Of a DNA stretch of 64,000 nt, positions 9,877 through 19,261 are shown piece by piece. The DNA comes from Bacillota bacterium (lineage in GTDB: Bacteria; Bacillota; Ch66; Ch109), in contig JBMNLH010000001.1 in NCBI GenBank assembly GCA_050952625.1, positions 1,440,001 to 1,504,000 of the forward strand. The letters run 5' to 3'. The notes beneath the pieces were generated by a model. It made no database searches. It worked only from the letters and a program-made list of their open reading frames with translations, and was not told where the DNA came from. Within the stretch, counting starts at the first letter, position 1; the number at the start of each line of letters is the position of its first letter. The position numbers and the translations under genes are program-made.

Positions 9877-10200
9877 TTATTTTCCATGTCTAAGCCCAGT
9901 TCCGGATTCGACTTCATCAGCAGTAAGTTGTCTAAAATCACTGCCGCCCGCAACTTGATCCAATTGCTCATCGGACAAAACTTCCTGGTTTACGGGTAGG
10001 ACCAGGTAGACCACCTTCGCCGATTCTTCTAATACCTTGATTTCCAACTCTCTGGGCAGATGCAGACCGAATTGGGCAAGCACTTGGTGCGGATCAGCCA
10101 TCAATTCTTTTTTAAAGTTCTCATCGGCCCAAGCTTTCTCAATTACCTTAGCTTCCAATTCCTTGCGGTGCTCCAGGATACTTTTGGTTGTTTGGCCCAC
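9877..10200 (-). CDS. NHLP (nitrile hydratase-like leader) RiPP precursor peptide
   Basis: SD AAGGAGG, GTG start; RKELEAKVIEKAWADENFKKELMADP..IKVLEE..VYLVLP..LSDEQLDQVAGG double-Gly leader; core SDFRQLTADEVESGTGLRHGK. Confidence 0.92.
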   Translation of the reverse strand: MGQTTKSILEHRKELEAKVIEKAWADENFKKELMADPHQVLAQFGLHLPRELEIKVLEESAKVVYLVLPVNQEVLSDEQLDQVAGGSDFRQLTADEVESGTGLRHGK

Positions 10201-10596
10201 TTTTCTTAACCTCCTTGATTATTTTTATGTAACGCTGTTCAACTCGATTTTCGTGAATTAAGCCAGCCATTTGACCGAATGGAAAAGTCTCGCTGGTTCA
10301 GCAACTGGTATTATTATATTTCTAAAATAATAAATTTTCATTGACAATTTTGCGGTCCGGAAAAATTCACAACGAAATCTAAGGATAAATATACTTATCC
10401 AAGTTTTTACGGTCGCTATCTGATCAATCAGTAAACCCCACCGGTGTGCCGTTGCGATCCCAGCTTAGGACCTTCAGCCTGACCACTGCTTCTTTAATTT
10501 CATCAGACGAAGCATGAACAGGTCTATAAACATTTTCATAGAAATATTTCAAGGTGACATTAGCACAGAATAAACACAATTAAAAAAGCCGACAAG

Positions 10597-10625
10597 TTGA
10601 CACTCGTCGGTCTCTGTGCTATACT
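10597..10625 (+). promoter_or_regulatory. SigA promoter of tRNA-Leu
   Basis: TTGACA-17nt-TATACT with extended -10 TG. Confidence 0.85.
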
Positions 10626-10649
10626 TGGCGTGTAAATTTCAGAAGATGT

Positions 10650-10735
10650 GCCGAAGTGGCGGAATTGGCAGACGCGGCGGTCTCAAAAACCGTTGGGTAC
10701 TCCCCATGCCGGTTCGAGTCCGGCCTTCGGCACCA
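10650..10735 (+). tRNA. tRNA-Leu(CAA)
   Basis: GCCGAAG/CTTCGGC acceptor stem, D-loop GGAATTGGCAGAC, anticodon loop CTCAAAA, long variable arm, GGTTCGAGTCC, encoded CCA. Confidence 0.97.
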
Positions 10736-10802
10736 TGTAACTTATGGATTTCAGGCATTTAGATAAACAGAAAACTGTTTAGTTTAATAATAGAAGATGA
10801 AC

Positions 10803-10840
10803 TAAGGACGGAAGCAAAACCAGCTTCCGTCTTATTTATT
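10803..10840 (+). terminator. Terminator after tRNA
   Basis: GACGGAAGC-aaaacca-GCTTCCGTC followed by TTATTTATT. Confidence 0.75.
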
Positions 10841-11026
10841 ACTAACCGCCCATGTCCCAAGCACACAACCACTTATAACATATAATAGGTCCAACTCTAG
10901 ACCTTTCATTTAATAACAGAAAAGATATAGCAAGGCGGCTTCAGCCATGTCCGGACATGTCTTGCTAGGTATCAACCAGACCAGTGTTCCTGCAGGAATG
11001 CGCGGGGTTCAACGATACCAACGAAA

Positions 11027-12829
11027 CTATTGGTCTTCCGCTGAAGGCGGGACCGCGATCATAACGAACATATTGTAGTTAACTCCAGCATCTGCTCCAG
11101 TTCTATAGGTAATATTGATATTTTGAAAGACTATACGCAGCTTGCAGCCGTTGCTTTCGGTGTCCAAGGTTAGTTCTTCTGCATCCAGGGTCCCCTTAGG
11201 CTGGTTGCTGATGCTAGTGATCGAATTGGCGAAATCATACAGACCGGTAGCCACCAGTTCTTTTCCCGCATCATTTTGAACCGACACCTGCGTTTCGTGG
11301 GGGGACAGTTGTTCCAGAACAAGCCGGTATTGGACCCCGCGCACTTCAAATTCATAGGTGATATTTTCTTTAGAATCCATGTGCCGATAAGTGCTGGTTT
11401 GCAGCAGAACGTCATAACCGTCAATGTTTAGCGGCTTTTCCATATTCAGATTGGCGAAAAAGTAGTTCGGGGTCCCGGCCATATATTGATAAGCGGGTTC
11501 ATAACCTAAAGTCAGTTGCATATTTTTGATTTGGAAATCCGCCGGCAGCCAGGAAACTTCTTTCAGATAGTTGCGCCGCTCTAAATAGTTCAAGATGCTA
11601 GTTGTTTCCAGACGCAGATTCATATCGGCGTCGGGTTTGGGATATATCTGGCCATCCACTAAAACGCCGGCGGTGTGCAACATACTTTGCAGCCTGGTTA
11701 TCTGGCTGACCCGGGAAACGGTAAAAGCATCCACCGGCGGGATGATCGAGAAGATCGCAAAGCCGGCTGCCATGAGAGCGATGATACCATTTTTTGCCGC
11801 AGGCCTAAAGGAAAAAACTATACCCATCACGATTGAAAAGATCCCGAACAGGGCTACATAATAACGAGACTCAGTGACGCCGTAGGTACTTAAACGGATA
11901 TACACCGAGATAAGCTGCATAATCACAACGGGGATCAGCACCTTTGGGAAAATACGCCGATACAAGAAAGCCAAATGGTTTTTCAACCGACTGACCAGGA
12001 TGTAGATAATAAATCCAATAGCCGAATAAGCCAGGATCATCGGCCCCAGTTGGCCAGAAGGCCATTCCAGGGTAACGCCGATTTTTATAAAATAGGCCAG
12101 CAGGACCAACGTATAGGCTGCAAACAGGGGGATAGCTATATAGGAGACCAAAATTTCCAGTAAGCGAGGGTAATGGCTTGCCTCCCCGGCATAGGCCTGA
12201 TCAGACTCCGAGACTGAATTAAAGCGAGGTAAAAGAGACAGATAATAAGTAGTCGCTAAAAGGATCCAAACAATGGCCATCATGTAGCCGTACCAATCCT
12301 CGTTGACTGCAAAAAGCAGGATGTCGATAGTAGCAATGATCGCCGCCAAACCGGCTGTGAGCACCCCGGCGTACAGTGCCGAGGTAAAGGCGGATTTGAA
12401 ATGAATCAACGCTACACTGTTGAAATCGAATCTGCCCCGAAACGAAGGCAGCCAAATGAAGACACAAAACATAGAGAATACAGCCACCAAAGTGCGGGCC
12501 CCCACCCCGTAGTCTATAGCCGGCACCGGGGAAATGATTAGATAGTAACCCAAGGTGAGCAAGGCAGAAAGGGCGTAAACCGCTAGACGCGCTTTTGCTA
12601 GACGCGGGAAGCGTTCACAGGCAAACTGGGCAGTAACCCCCAGGAAAGAACCAAGCAAAAAGGTAAACATTAATTTTTGGATGAGTAAATCGGATATATC
12701 ATGTTGAGAAATCATATAACAGGTCAATATCGTCGCGCAAATCAAACACCCGACGGTCAACGGAAAACGCAGGACCGCCCCCGAAAGCCCCAGAATCATT
12801 CTGACAATGGCTCTGTTGAAACGATTCAT
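11027..12829 (-). CDS. DUF4153-like multi-pass membrane protein
   Basis: LRFP start motif, YIAIPL...LLAY, YIRLSTYGVTESRYY; about 11 TM segments and a soluble C-terminal part. Confidence 0.75.
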   Translation of the reverse strand: MNRFNRAIVRMILGLSGAVLRFPLTVGCLICATILTCYMISQHDISDLLIQKLMFTFLLGSFLGVTAQFACERFPRLAKARLAVYALSALLTLGYYLIISPVPAIDYGVGARTLVAVFSMFCVFIWLPSFRGRFDFNSVALIHFKSAFTSALYAGVLTAGLAAIIATIDILLFAVNEDWYGYMMAIVWILLATTYYLSLLPRFNSVSESDQAYAGEASHYPRLLEILVSYIAIPLFAAYTLVLLAYFIKIGVTLEWPSGQLGPMILAYSAIGFIIYILVSRLKNHLAFLYRRIFPKVLIPVVIMQLISVYIRLSTYGVTESRYYVALFGIFSIVMGIVFSFRPAAKNGIIALMAAGFAIFSIIPPVDAFTVSRVSQITRLQSMLHTAGVLVDGQIYPKPDADMNLRLETTSILNYLERRNYLKEVSWLPADFQIKNMQLTLGYEPAYQYMAGTPNYFFANLNMEKPLNIDGYDVLLQTSTYRHMDSKENITYEFEVRGVQYRLVLEQLSPHETQVSVQNDAGKELVATGLYDFANSITSISNQPKGTLDAEELTLDTESNGCKLRIVFQNINITYRTGADAGVNYNMFVMIAVPPSAEDQ

Positions 12830-13161
12830 TTATTTTTCCCTCCCTTTCCTCATGCTCACATCAATAGCCAGTCTGAGTACCGAAGTACCGATAGTTTGCT
12901 GGATTTATTCTTCTTGCTGGCAAAGAAAACCTCCCCAATAAGGCCGCGAACCCATAAATACATCTCCAATCCTACTTTTTAATAATACTAACGTTCAAGA
13001 AGTCCAAAATGTACTATCTCCAAAACCATCATACATAATCCAAAAAAGGGGCTAAGCTAAATACTAAGGAAGTTAACAATACACATATTTTTTCCAGGTC
13101 TGGATAAAGTAATAACAATGGAAATAGCAATAGAAATTAATAAATTTATCAGGGAGGAAAA

Positions 13162-14775
13162 ATGTTTCACTGGCTGGATAAACTGCTTAGAAGAAATAGT
13201 CATCACAGCCAAAATACTAATCCAAGTCTGAAACGGTCGGAAACCGAGGGTAGGCTAATTAGTAAAAACCTTACCCACAACAAAAAAGTCTTGACCGAGA
13301 TATTTAACCAATGCAGCCATTTGGTGATTAGAGAAATCCAAATTGGTCGGGATAATTCTCTGGAAGCCATGCTCGTTTATCTAGAGCCGCTGGTTAACGC
13401 CGAACTTCTAGAAAGATTAATCCTGCGGCCGTTAATGGATATTACCCAGTTTCCAAGCCAAGAGGAACTGCTGCCTTTCCTAAAAAAGAGAGTAGTCACT
13501 GCCGGCAAAATCATTGAATATAATCATTGGGCAGATATTACTGATGAAATAGCTCGAGGATTAACCGCACTATTCATTAATGGTCAGAATAGTGTCTTAC
13601 TATTCTGCACCTTAGAAGATGTTTACCGCTCAATTGACCAACCGACCATTGAAACAGTAGCTAAAGGGCCTTGCGATGCCTTTAACGAAGATTTACGGAC
13701 CAATATTGCCTTGCTGCTCAGACGATTGCCTACCCCCCGCCTCGCCGTCGAAAAGCTTAGATTGGGAGCGGTTACGAGGACAGAGGTTAATATTGTTTAT
13801 CTAAAAGGTTACGTTATGCCTGGATTAATTGAGGAAATAAAGCAAAGAATTGAGCGGATTAAGGTAGACAACTTTATTGGGACCGGTCAACTGGAAGAAT
13901 ACATTCAAGACAACCCCTATTCCCCTTTTAATACCATTGAATCAACAGAACGACCGGATAGAATGGCCAGTCACTTGCTTGAAGGCAGGGCAGGTATCTT
14001 AATGAACAATACACCGTTTGCCCTAATTGTTCCGATAACAATTGCCAGTCAGCTGCAAAGCCCTGAGGATTATTACAACCGGTACTGGTTTTCCTCATTT
14101 ATTCGGTTTATTCGTTGGATCTCGCTGTTAACTGCTCTGTTTGCCCCATCCTTGTATATTGCCATAACCACTTTTCATCAAGAACTGGTGCCAACCTTCT
14201 TACTGATTTCAATCGTCTCCTCCAGGGAAGGGGTGCCTTTCCCCAGTCTGGTAGAGGCATTAATAATGGAACTAACCTTCGAAGTACTTCGGGAAGCTGG
14301 AATTCGCTTGCCCCGGCCTTTCGGCCAAACCATCAGCATCGTGGGCGCAGTCGTGATAGGCCAAGCTGCTGTCAGTGCCGGCTTGGTTTCTCCAGTCATG
14401 ATTGTTATCGTGTCTTTAACTGCTATTACCAACTATACCATACCTTCGATAAATGTATCCAATACTGTTCGTCTATTGCGCTTTCCCTTTATGATCTTAG
14501 CGGCAACGTTTGGCCTGTTTGGAGTAATGCTTGGCTTTACTGTGCTTGGTTTTCACTTATGCTCACTTCGATCTTTTGGGGTGCCGTATTTATCGCCGAT
14601 CGCCCCCTTATCGCTCAGCGATTTAAAAGACACCTTCATTCGCGTACCTTATTGGATGATGTTACTTCGGCCGCGTTTAATCGGCTATCCAGCACTTCAA
14701 AGGCAAGACGCAAACCAAAAACCAGGTCCGACAAAAAGACACCGCAATGTCCCGACTCGAAGGGGGAAAGAATAG
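13162..14775 (+). CDS. Spore germination receptor subunit A (GerA/GerKA family)
   Basis: KGPCDAFNE, TERPD, REGVPFP, LREAGIRLP, IVGAVVIGQAAV, LRSFGVPYLSP. Confidence 0.96.
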   Translation: MFHWLDKLLRRNSHHSQNTNPSLKRSETEGRLISKNLTHNKKVLTEIFNQCSHLVIREIQIGRDNSLEAMLVYLEPLVNAELLERLILRPLMDITQFPSQEELLPFLKKRVVTAGKIIEYNHWADITDEIARGLTALFINGQNSVLLFCTLEDVYRSIDQPTIETVAKGPCDAFNEDLRTNIALLLRRLPTPRLAVEKLRLGAVTRTEVNIVYLKGYVMPGLIEEIKQRIERIKVDNFIGTGQLEEYIQDNPYSPFNTIESTERPDRMASHLLEGRAGILMNNTPFALIVPITIASQLQSPEDYYNRYWFSSFIRFIRWISLLTALFAPSLYIAITTFHQELVPTFLLISIVSSREGVPFPSLVEALIMELTFEVLREAGIRLPRPFGQTISIVGAVVIGQAAVSAGLVSPVMIVIVSLTAITNYTIPSINVSNTVRLLRFPFMILAATFGLFGVMLGFTVLGFHLCSLRSFGVPYLSPIAPLSLSDLKDTFIRVPYWMMLLRPRLIGYPALQRQDANQKPGPTKRHRNVPTRRGKE

Positions 14776-15888
14776 TTGTTGGATAAAGGCCGAATCAGCA
14801 GTGTTCAATTATTGTTTTTATTGTTAATTGTCCAGGATGCGACTGCCTTTCTCGCGGTCCCCTCACTCGCCGCTCAGGCAGCCGGCCCGGATGCCTGGCT
14901 GTCAAATATATTTTTTGTGAGTCTTTTTGGATTAATAGTCGGTTCTATCGGAGTCAGCTTGGCCAAGCGCTTCCCTGATGAGACATTGACCGAATATCTA
15001 CCCAAAATTGTTGGAAAACCGGTAGGGAAAATATTGATCTTTGTCTATTGTTTTGCCTTTATTCACCTGGCTAGCGTGGTCCTGGCTGAAGAAAGCGACT
15101 TTATGCACGTCAACTTTTTTCGAGAAACTCCTCTTCTATCGCTAGATCTCCTTCTGATAATCGCTGTCGCCTATGGCGTTTATTTAGGGATTGAGGTGAT
15201 TGCCAGACAGAACGAAATCGCCTTTCCGGTTTTCTTTTTGGCGATCATCTCTCTTCTGATCATGGTTTCACCGAATATCGAAATGTTAAATTTACTCCCG
15301 ATCATGGAAAATGGTCTTTGGCCGGTCCTTGAGGGCAGCATCCTTCCAGCTACCTGGCGGGGAGAAATATTTTTTATCTTAATGCTCTTCCCTTATCTAG
15401 ATCAAAAGGAAGAGGCTAATAAGATTATTATTTATTCGATTATTATTACGACCATTCTATCTACCCTAGTTATTATCACTTGTATTGGTGTTTTGACTGC
15501 TGAGGTTGTCAAAACGGAAATATACCCGGTCTTTCGGTTGGCTCGGTATATCTCTTTAGCGAGACTCCTCGAACGCCTGGAAATACTAGTTGTTGTGATC
15601 TGGGTGGCTGGAGCAGTTATTAAGCTAGCAGTTTTTCTCCATTCTGGTTGTATTGCTTCAGCTAATCTGCTGGGCATAAAAAACTGGCGGATAATGATTA
15701 TCCCGTTTGTCCTTACTATGATAATTGTTTCCCATTTCTTCTATGACACTTATCCGAAATTAATTGGGTTTTTAACCGGTATCTGGCCGGTTTATGCCTT
15801 GACTATCGAACTATTGATCCCGGGATTAGTCTTAATCATTGCCGTACTCAGGAAAAAAGGAGCGAACAACATTGCTCAGATTAAATAA
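14776..15888 (+). CDS. Spore germination receptor subunit B (GerAB/GerKB family)
   Basis: ISSVQL, DAWLS, RETP, GIEVIAR, LERLE; ~10 TM; abuts subunit A. Confidence 0.93.
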   Translation: MLDKGRISSVQLLFLLLIVQDATAFLAVPSLAAQAAGPDAWLSNIFFVSLFGLIVGSIGVSLAKRFPDETLTEYLPKIVGKPVGKILIFVYCFAFIHLASVVLAEESDFMHVNFFRETPLLSLDLLLIIAVAYGVYLGIEVIARQNEIAFPVFFLAIISLLIMVSPNIEMLNLLPIMENGLWPVLEGSILPATWRGEIFFILMLFPYLDQKEEANKIIIYSIIITTILSTLVIITCIGVLTAEVVKTEIYPVFRLARYISLARLLERLEILVVVIWVAGAVIKLAVFLHSGCIASANLLGIKNWRIMIIPFVLTMIIVSHFFYDTYPKLIGFLTGIWPVYALTIELLIPGLVLIIAVLRKKGANNIAQIK

Positions 15889-17131
15889 AATTTATTTAAT
15901 CAAGCTTATAATAATTATTTTGTTCTGCTTATTACTAAGCGGTTGTTGGAACCGAAGAGAGGTTCAAGAATTAAATGTAAGCACAGCGATCGGGATTGAT
16001 TATGAAGAGATAGAGGGTAAACCTCAATATACATTATCAGTGCTGACAATGAAATCTTCCCAGCAAAACATAATTGGAGGTTTTGGCTCGTCCCAATCTA
16101 AAGCGCAAACAAGCCGGGTAGTTACAGCCCAAGGGGAAACCGTCTATGACGCGATCCGCAATTATTCTATCCGTTCTTCGCGCATGCTCTTTTTGGGGCA
16201 GACCTTGGTAATCGTGTTGGGAGAGGAAACAGCCAGAAAAGGGATAACGGAAATTGTAGATTTTCTCACGAGAAACAAAGATATGCGTTTCCGCTCAATC
16301 CTAGCAGTCTGCGATGGTCGGGCGGCAGATGCCTTACAAGCCCAACCGGAATTTGAATCAATGATTTCCACGGAAATCGAGCAAATTATTAGTCAAAATA
16401 TCCACTGGGCTTCGAAGGCAGTTGGTACTGATCTTTTGCAGGTTAAGCAGGGATTAATCATCCCCGGTCGAGAAGTGGTTGTACCGTATATGAAGCTTTT
16501 TTGCCCGCCAGAACAAGGCTCGCCAATTCGACAAGGCGCAGCCCAAGGAACCACTTCTGAAAACAGCCAGGGGCCAAGTCTGCCTAATCAAAAAACTTTT
16601 TGCATAGCCGGTGCTGGAGTATTTTTAGGCGACCGATTAATCGATTGGATAAATGAAGAGGAGACCCAGGGCTACGTTTTGATTAAGAACAAAGCCCGGG
16701 GCGGAGTGATTCCAACTGCCTATAATGACACGCGAAAAAATGTCTCCTTTGTTTTTCGAACAGCTAAAGCCAAGATCAAGCCAATTTTAGACGGAGATAA
16801 GCTTGTCTTTGATGTGCGGATCAAGGGACATGGAGAAATGCTAGAACAAGATCAGGCAGTGATTCGTGATTTCTCCGCGGAATTACCCAATCTGGAAAAA
16901 TTAGTAAATCACGAAATAGAACGCCGCTGTTTAAATACAGTCCATAAAAGCCAGGAGTTAAAGTCAGATATTTTTGGCTTCGGCGATCTCCTGCATCGCT
17001 TGCAGCCAGATGTCTGGCGCGAAATCGCGCACCGGTGGAATGAGATTTACCCCACTGTCACCGTTAATGTAACCGCTGATTTTGTGGTGGAACATGTGGG
17101 ACTAACCAGTGTACCTCTTATAGTTGAGTGA
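15872..17131 (+). CDS. Spore germination receptor subunit C lipoprotein (Ger(x)C)
   Basis: TTG start after AAAGGAG; lipobox LLSGC-WNRRE; SDIFGFG; W..IY. Confidence 0.93.
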   Translation: MLRLNKIYLIKLIIIILFCLLLSGCWNRREVQELNVSTAIGIDYEEIEGKPQYTLSVLTMKSSQQNIIGGFGSSQSKAQTSRVVTAQGETVYDAIRNYSIRSSRMLFLGQTLVIVLGEETARKGITEIVDFLTRNKDMRFRSILAVCDGRAADALQAQPEFESMISTEIEQIISQNIHWASKAVGTDLLQVKQGLIIPGREVVVPYMKLFCPPEQGSPIRQGAAQGTTSENSQGPSLPNQKTFCIAGAGVFLGDRLIDWINEEETQGYVLIKNKARGGVIPTAYNDTRKNVSFVFRTAKAKIKPILDGDKLVFDVRIKGHGEMLEQDQAVIRDFSAELPNLEKLVNHEIERRCLNTVHKSQELKSDIFGFGDLLHRLQPDVWREIAHRWNEIYPTVTVNVTADFVVEHVGLTSVPLIVE

Positions 17132-17155
17132 TCTCGTTCAGTTTCGCTGACAAGG

Positions 17156-17182
17156 AAGCAAGGGGACGGTCCTTTTTGCTTC
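17156..17182. repeat. REP-like GGGGAC hairpin, also likely terminator between convergent operons
   Basis: GAAGCAAGGGGACGGTCCTTTTTGCTTC; same core as 37726-37750, 35832-35860, 45384-45412. Confidence 0.55.
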
Positions 17183-17186
17183 AATA

Positions 17187-17212
17187 ATAATAGAGATCGG
17201 TTATTCTGACTG
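17187..17212 (+). repeat. 26-bp perfect direct repeat, left copy
   Basis: ATAATAGAGATCGGTTATTCTGACTG identical to 22088-22113. Confidence 0.95.
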
Positions 17213-17299
17213 ATTTCAACGAAACTGTTAAGCCATGAACAATGTCCATGGCTACTTCTTTTAATAGTAATCGTGTTAATATTAATCGCGGCTCTTAGC

Positions 17300-19219
17300 T
17301 CAAAAAACATAGTTTTTCAGCTCTATTGAATCCCTATATTTTACACCTACAGGCAACAAGAGCAGTTGTTTATTTTCTTCTAAGAGAATATCCCTTTGGA
17401 CCAATTCATCAATAACTTGATCCAAAGTGCCGTTTTCCGTTTCTACCGGCCATTTTTCAGCTAGATAATTTTTCAGCGATTGTCTTGACTGTATCTCATC
17501 GCACAATAGGGCTACGTCATGATGAAGGTCGGCCAGGAAGATAAATCGGCCATCGCCGTATCTATTATCAAAAATTTTCAAAAAGCCCGGCCCAATGCTG
17601 TAATTATAAAGCGGAAGACCCTGGGGACTTTTTTTATAGTCAAGCCACCGGTCTATCTCTTCTCTAACCCGTTTTATGTGTGGGCTATCCTGATCTTTGT
17701 TCTTATACTGTGTTTGAAAGAAATAACCTATTTTCATGGGGTCAAGCAGCCCGTCTGGAAAGGTCATCTGATAATCCGCTCGTAAACTACACTCATCCAC
17801 CCCGTATTGTTCCCGCTGGTTGAAGAAAGGAGAAAAACGGTGCATCTCGATAAAATGGATATTGTACTTAGGCGGCGGCAGGTGCACAATTTTCTTGATC
17901 AAATCGGCCATCTCATGATACCATTCCTCTTTTTCCCCAGGAAAGCCCGCCAGGATATTATAGGTTGCGGTCACCCCTATTTCTGCAGCCCAGCGCAAGA
18001 ATTGAATGTTCTGTAAAGCGGTTGTTCCTTTTCTCATTAGTTTCAATACCGGCGAAGAAAAAGACTCAATCCCCGGTTGGGTGTAGATGACTCCGGCCTC
18101 TTTCATATCCTTGATTTGTCTTTTGCTCATATTCACGCGGACTTCATAGAAAAGCTCAAAATCCAGGTCCAGCTCTTTCAGTCTTTGAAATAGCTCATCA
18201 CAGTGTTGCCGCGATATCACTAGGTCAGTCGCTGACAGTTTGGTTACCCGGTATCGGGCCGATAGATTCACAATATCTCTGAGGATTCGATCAATGCTTT
18301 TTGATCGAAATTCCATAGTTTCTGGGTTAATCCCGCAGAACAGGCACTGGCTTTTTCTTCCCCACCAGCAACCCCTTGATCCCTCGTAGGATAAACTGTC
18401 TACACTAAAAGCCTTGCCAGTCTTCTTTTTTATTCTTTCCGTCTCCAAAAAGAAGTCATCATAATCTGGCAATGGACTTTGGTTCATATCCGGCAACGGC
18501 CTTCCCGGGACAAGGTCGATTTGGTCATTAACCCAGCTTGTTACGCCAGGAATGCCAGTCGTCCCCTCATTCCTGGCCAATCTTTCCAAGTATTCCCGAA
18601 ACGATTCCTCTGCCTCACCAAGAAAGACATGGTCCAAGACGTGCGGAAAGGCTCGGTGGTATTCCTTGCCCATCTCCCCGTCAAAAGAAGCGCCCCCCAC
18701 AATCACTTTAAGGTCAGGCCGGAGCTTTTTAAGCCGGCTGGCTAAAGCCAGACTGGCCATTGCTTGGTTGAAGGTGGCACTGAAGCCCACCACAGTAGGA
18801 TTCATTTCAAGCACTCGCGCCGTAACCTGATCAAGAAACTGTGGAATTATCTCATCTCGGAGGTGAAAAAAATAAGCAGGATCTTCAATTGGGCAATTTT
18901 CCCATTTCTGTATTTGGGTATCCTCTTGTGCAATCTCGGAAAAGCTTTGCACAAAGGCATCGCTAATTAACTCTTCTTTCCCGAAGATATCAACCGCAAA
19001 AAGATGCTCAGAAATTCCGTAAAGTGATCGCTCATTCGCAAATCTGTCTGCCGCTTCAAAACCTATCATATTCGCCATATCCAGATTCGGATATAGCGTC
19101 TTGACCTCAATGCACTTTTCCGCACAAAGTGCCGCAATAATCCCGAGTGATATGGAAGGCCTTTGTGGAGTAGCCCAGGGCATATGAATCAAAAGAACCT
19201 TCGGCGTTTTCCGGTTCAT
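17300..19219 (-). CDS. Cobalamin-dependent radical SAM RiPP C-methyltransferase (TIGR03975/PoyC-like)
   Basis: N-terminal MPW...PSISLG, B12-binding VVGFSATFNQ..IVGGA..GEMG..GEAE; SRGCWWGRKSQCLFCG (Cx7Cx2C); QPGIESFS...LKLMRKG; C-terminal beta-strands plus helices resembling an RRE. Confidence 0.9.
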   Translation of the reverse strand: MNRKTPKVLLIHMPWATPQRPSISLGIIAALCAEKCIEVKTLYPNLDMANMIGFEAADRFANERSLYGISEHLFAVDIFGKEELISDAFVQSFSEIAQEDTQIQKWENCPIEDPAYFFHLRDEIIPQFLDQVTARVLEMNPTVVGFSATFNQAMASLALASRLKKLRPDLKVIVGGASFDGEMGKEYHRAFPHVLDHVFLGEAEESFREYLERLARNEGTTGIPGVTSWVNDQIDLVPGRPLPDMNQSPLPDYDDFFLETERIKKKTGKAFSVDSLSYEGSRGCWWGRKSQCLFCGINPETMEFRSKSIDRILRDIVNLSARYRVTKLSATDLVISRQHCDELFQRLKELDLDFELFYEVRVNMSKRQIKDMKEAGVIYTQPGIESFSSPVLKLMRKGTTALQNIQFLRWAAEIGVTATYNILAGFPGEKEEWYHEMADLIKKIVHLPPPKYNIHFIEMHRFSPFFNQREQYGVDECSLRADYQMTFPDGLLDPMKIGYFFQTQYKNKDQDSPHIKRVREEIDRWLDYKKSPQGLPLYNYSIGPGFLKIFDNRYGDGRFIFLADLHHDVALLCDEIQSRQSLKNYLAEKWPVETENGTLDQVIDELVQRDILLEENKQLLLLPVGVKYRDSIELKNYVF

Positions 19220-19261
19220 AATCTCTCCCCTACTATAAGCATTTTTTCAGTAAGATAAAGC

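Noticed and set aside
10424-10580. Short minus-strand open frame (...KYFYENVYRPVHASSDEIKEAVVRLKVLSWDRNGTPVGFTD)
   Set aside because: No SD and no recognisable family; possibly a gene remnant but unsupported.
17047-17310. 87-aa ORF downstream of the B12 rSAM
   Set aside because: Runs through the repeat and hairpin and overlaps the Ger(x)C gene antisense; no SD.
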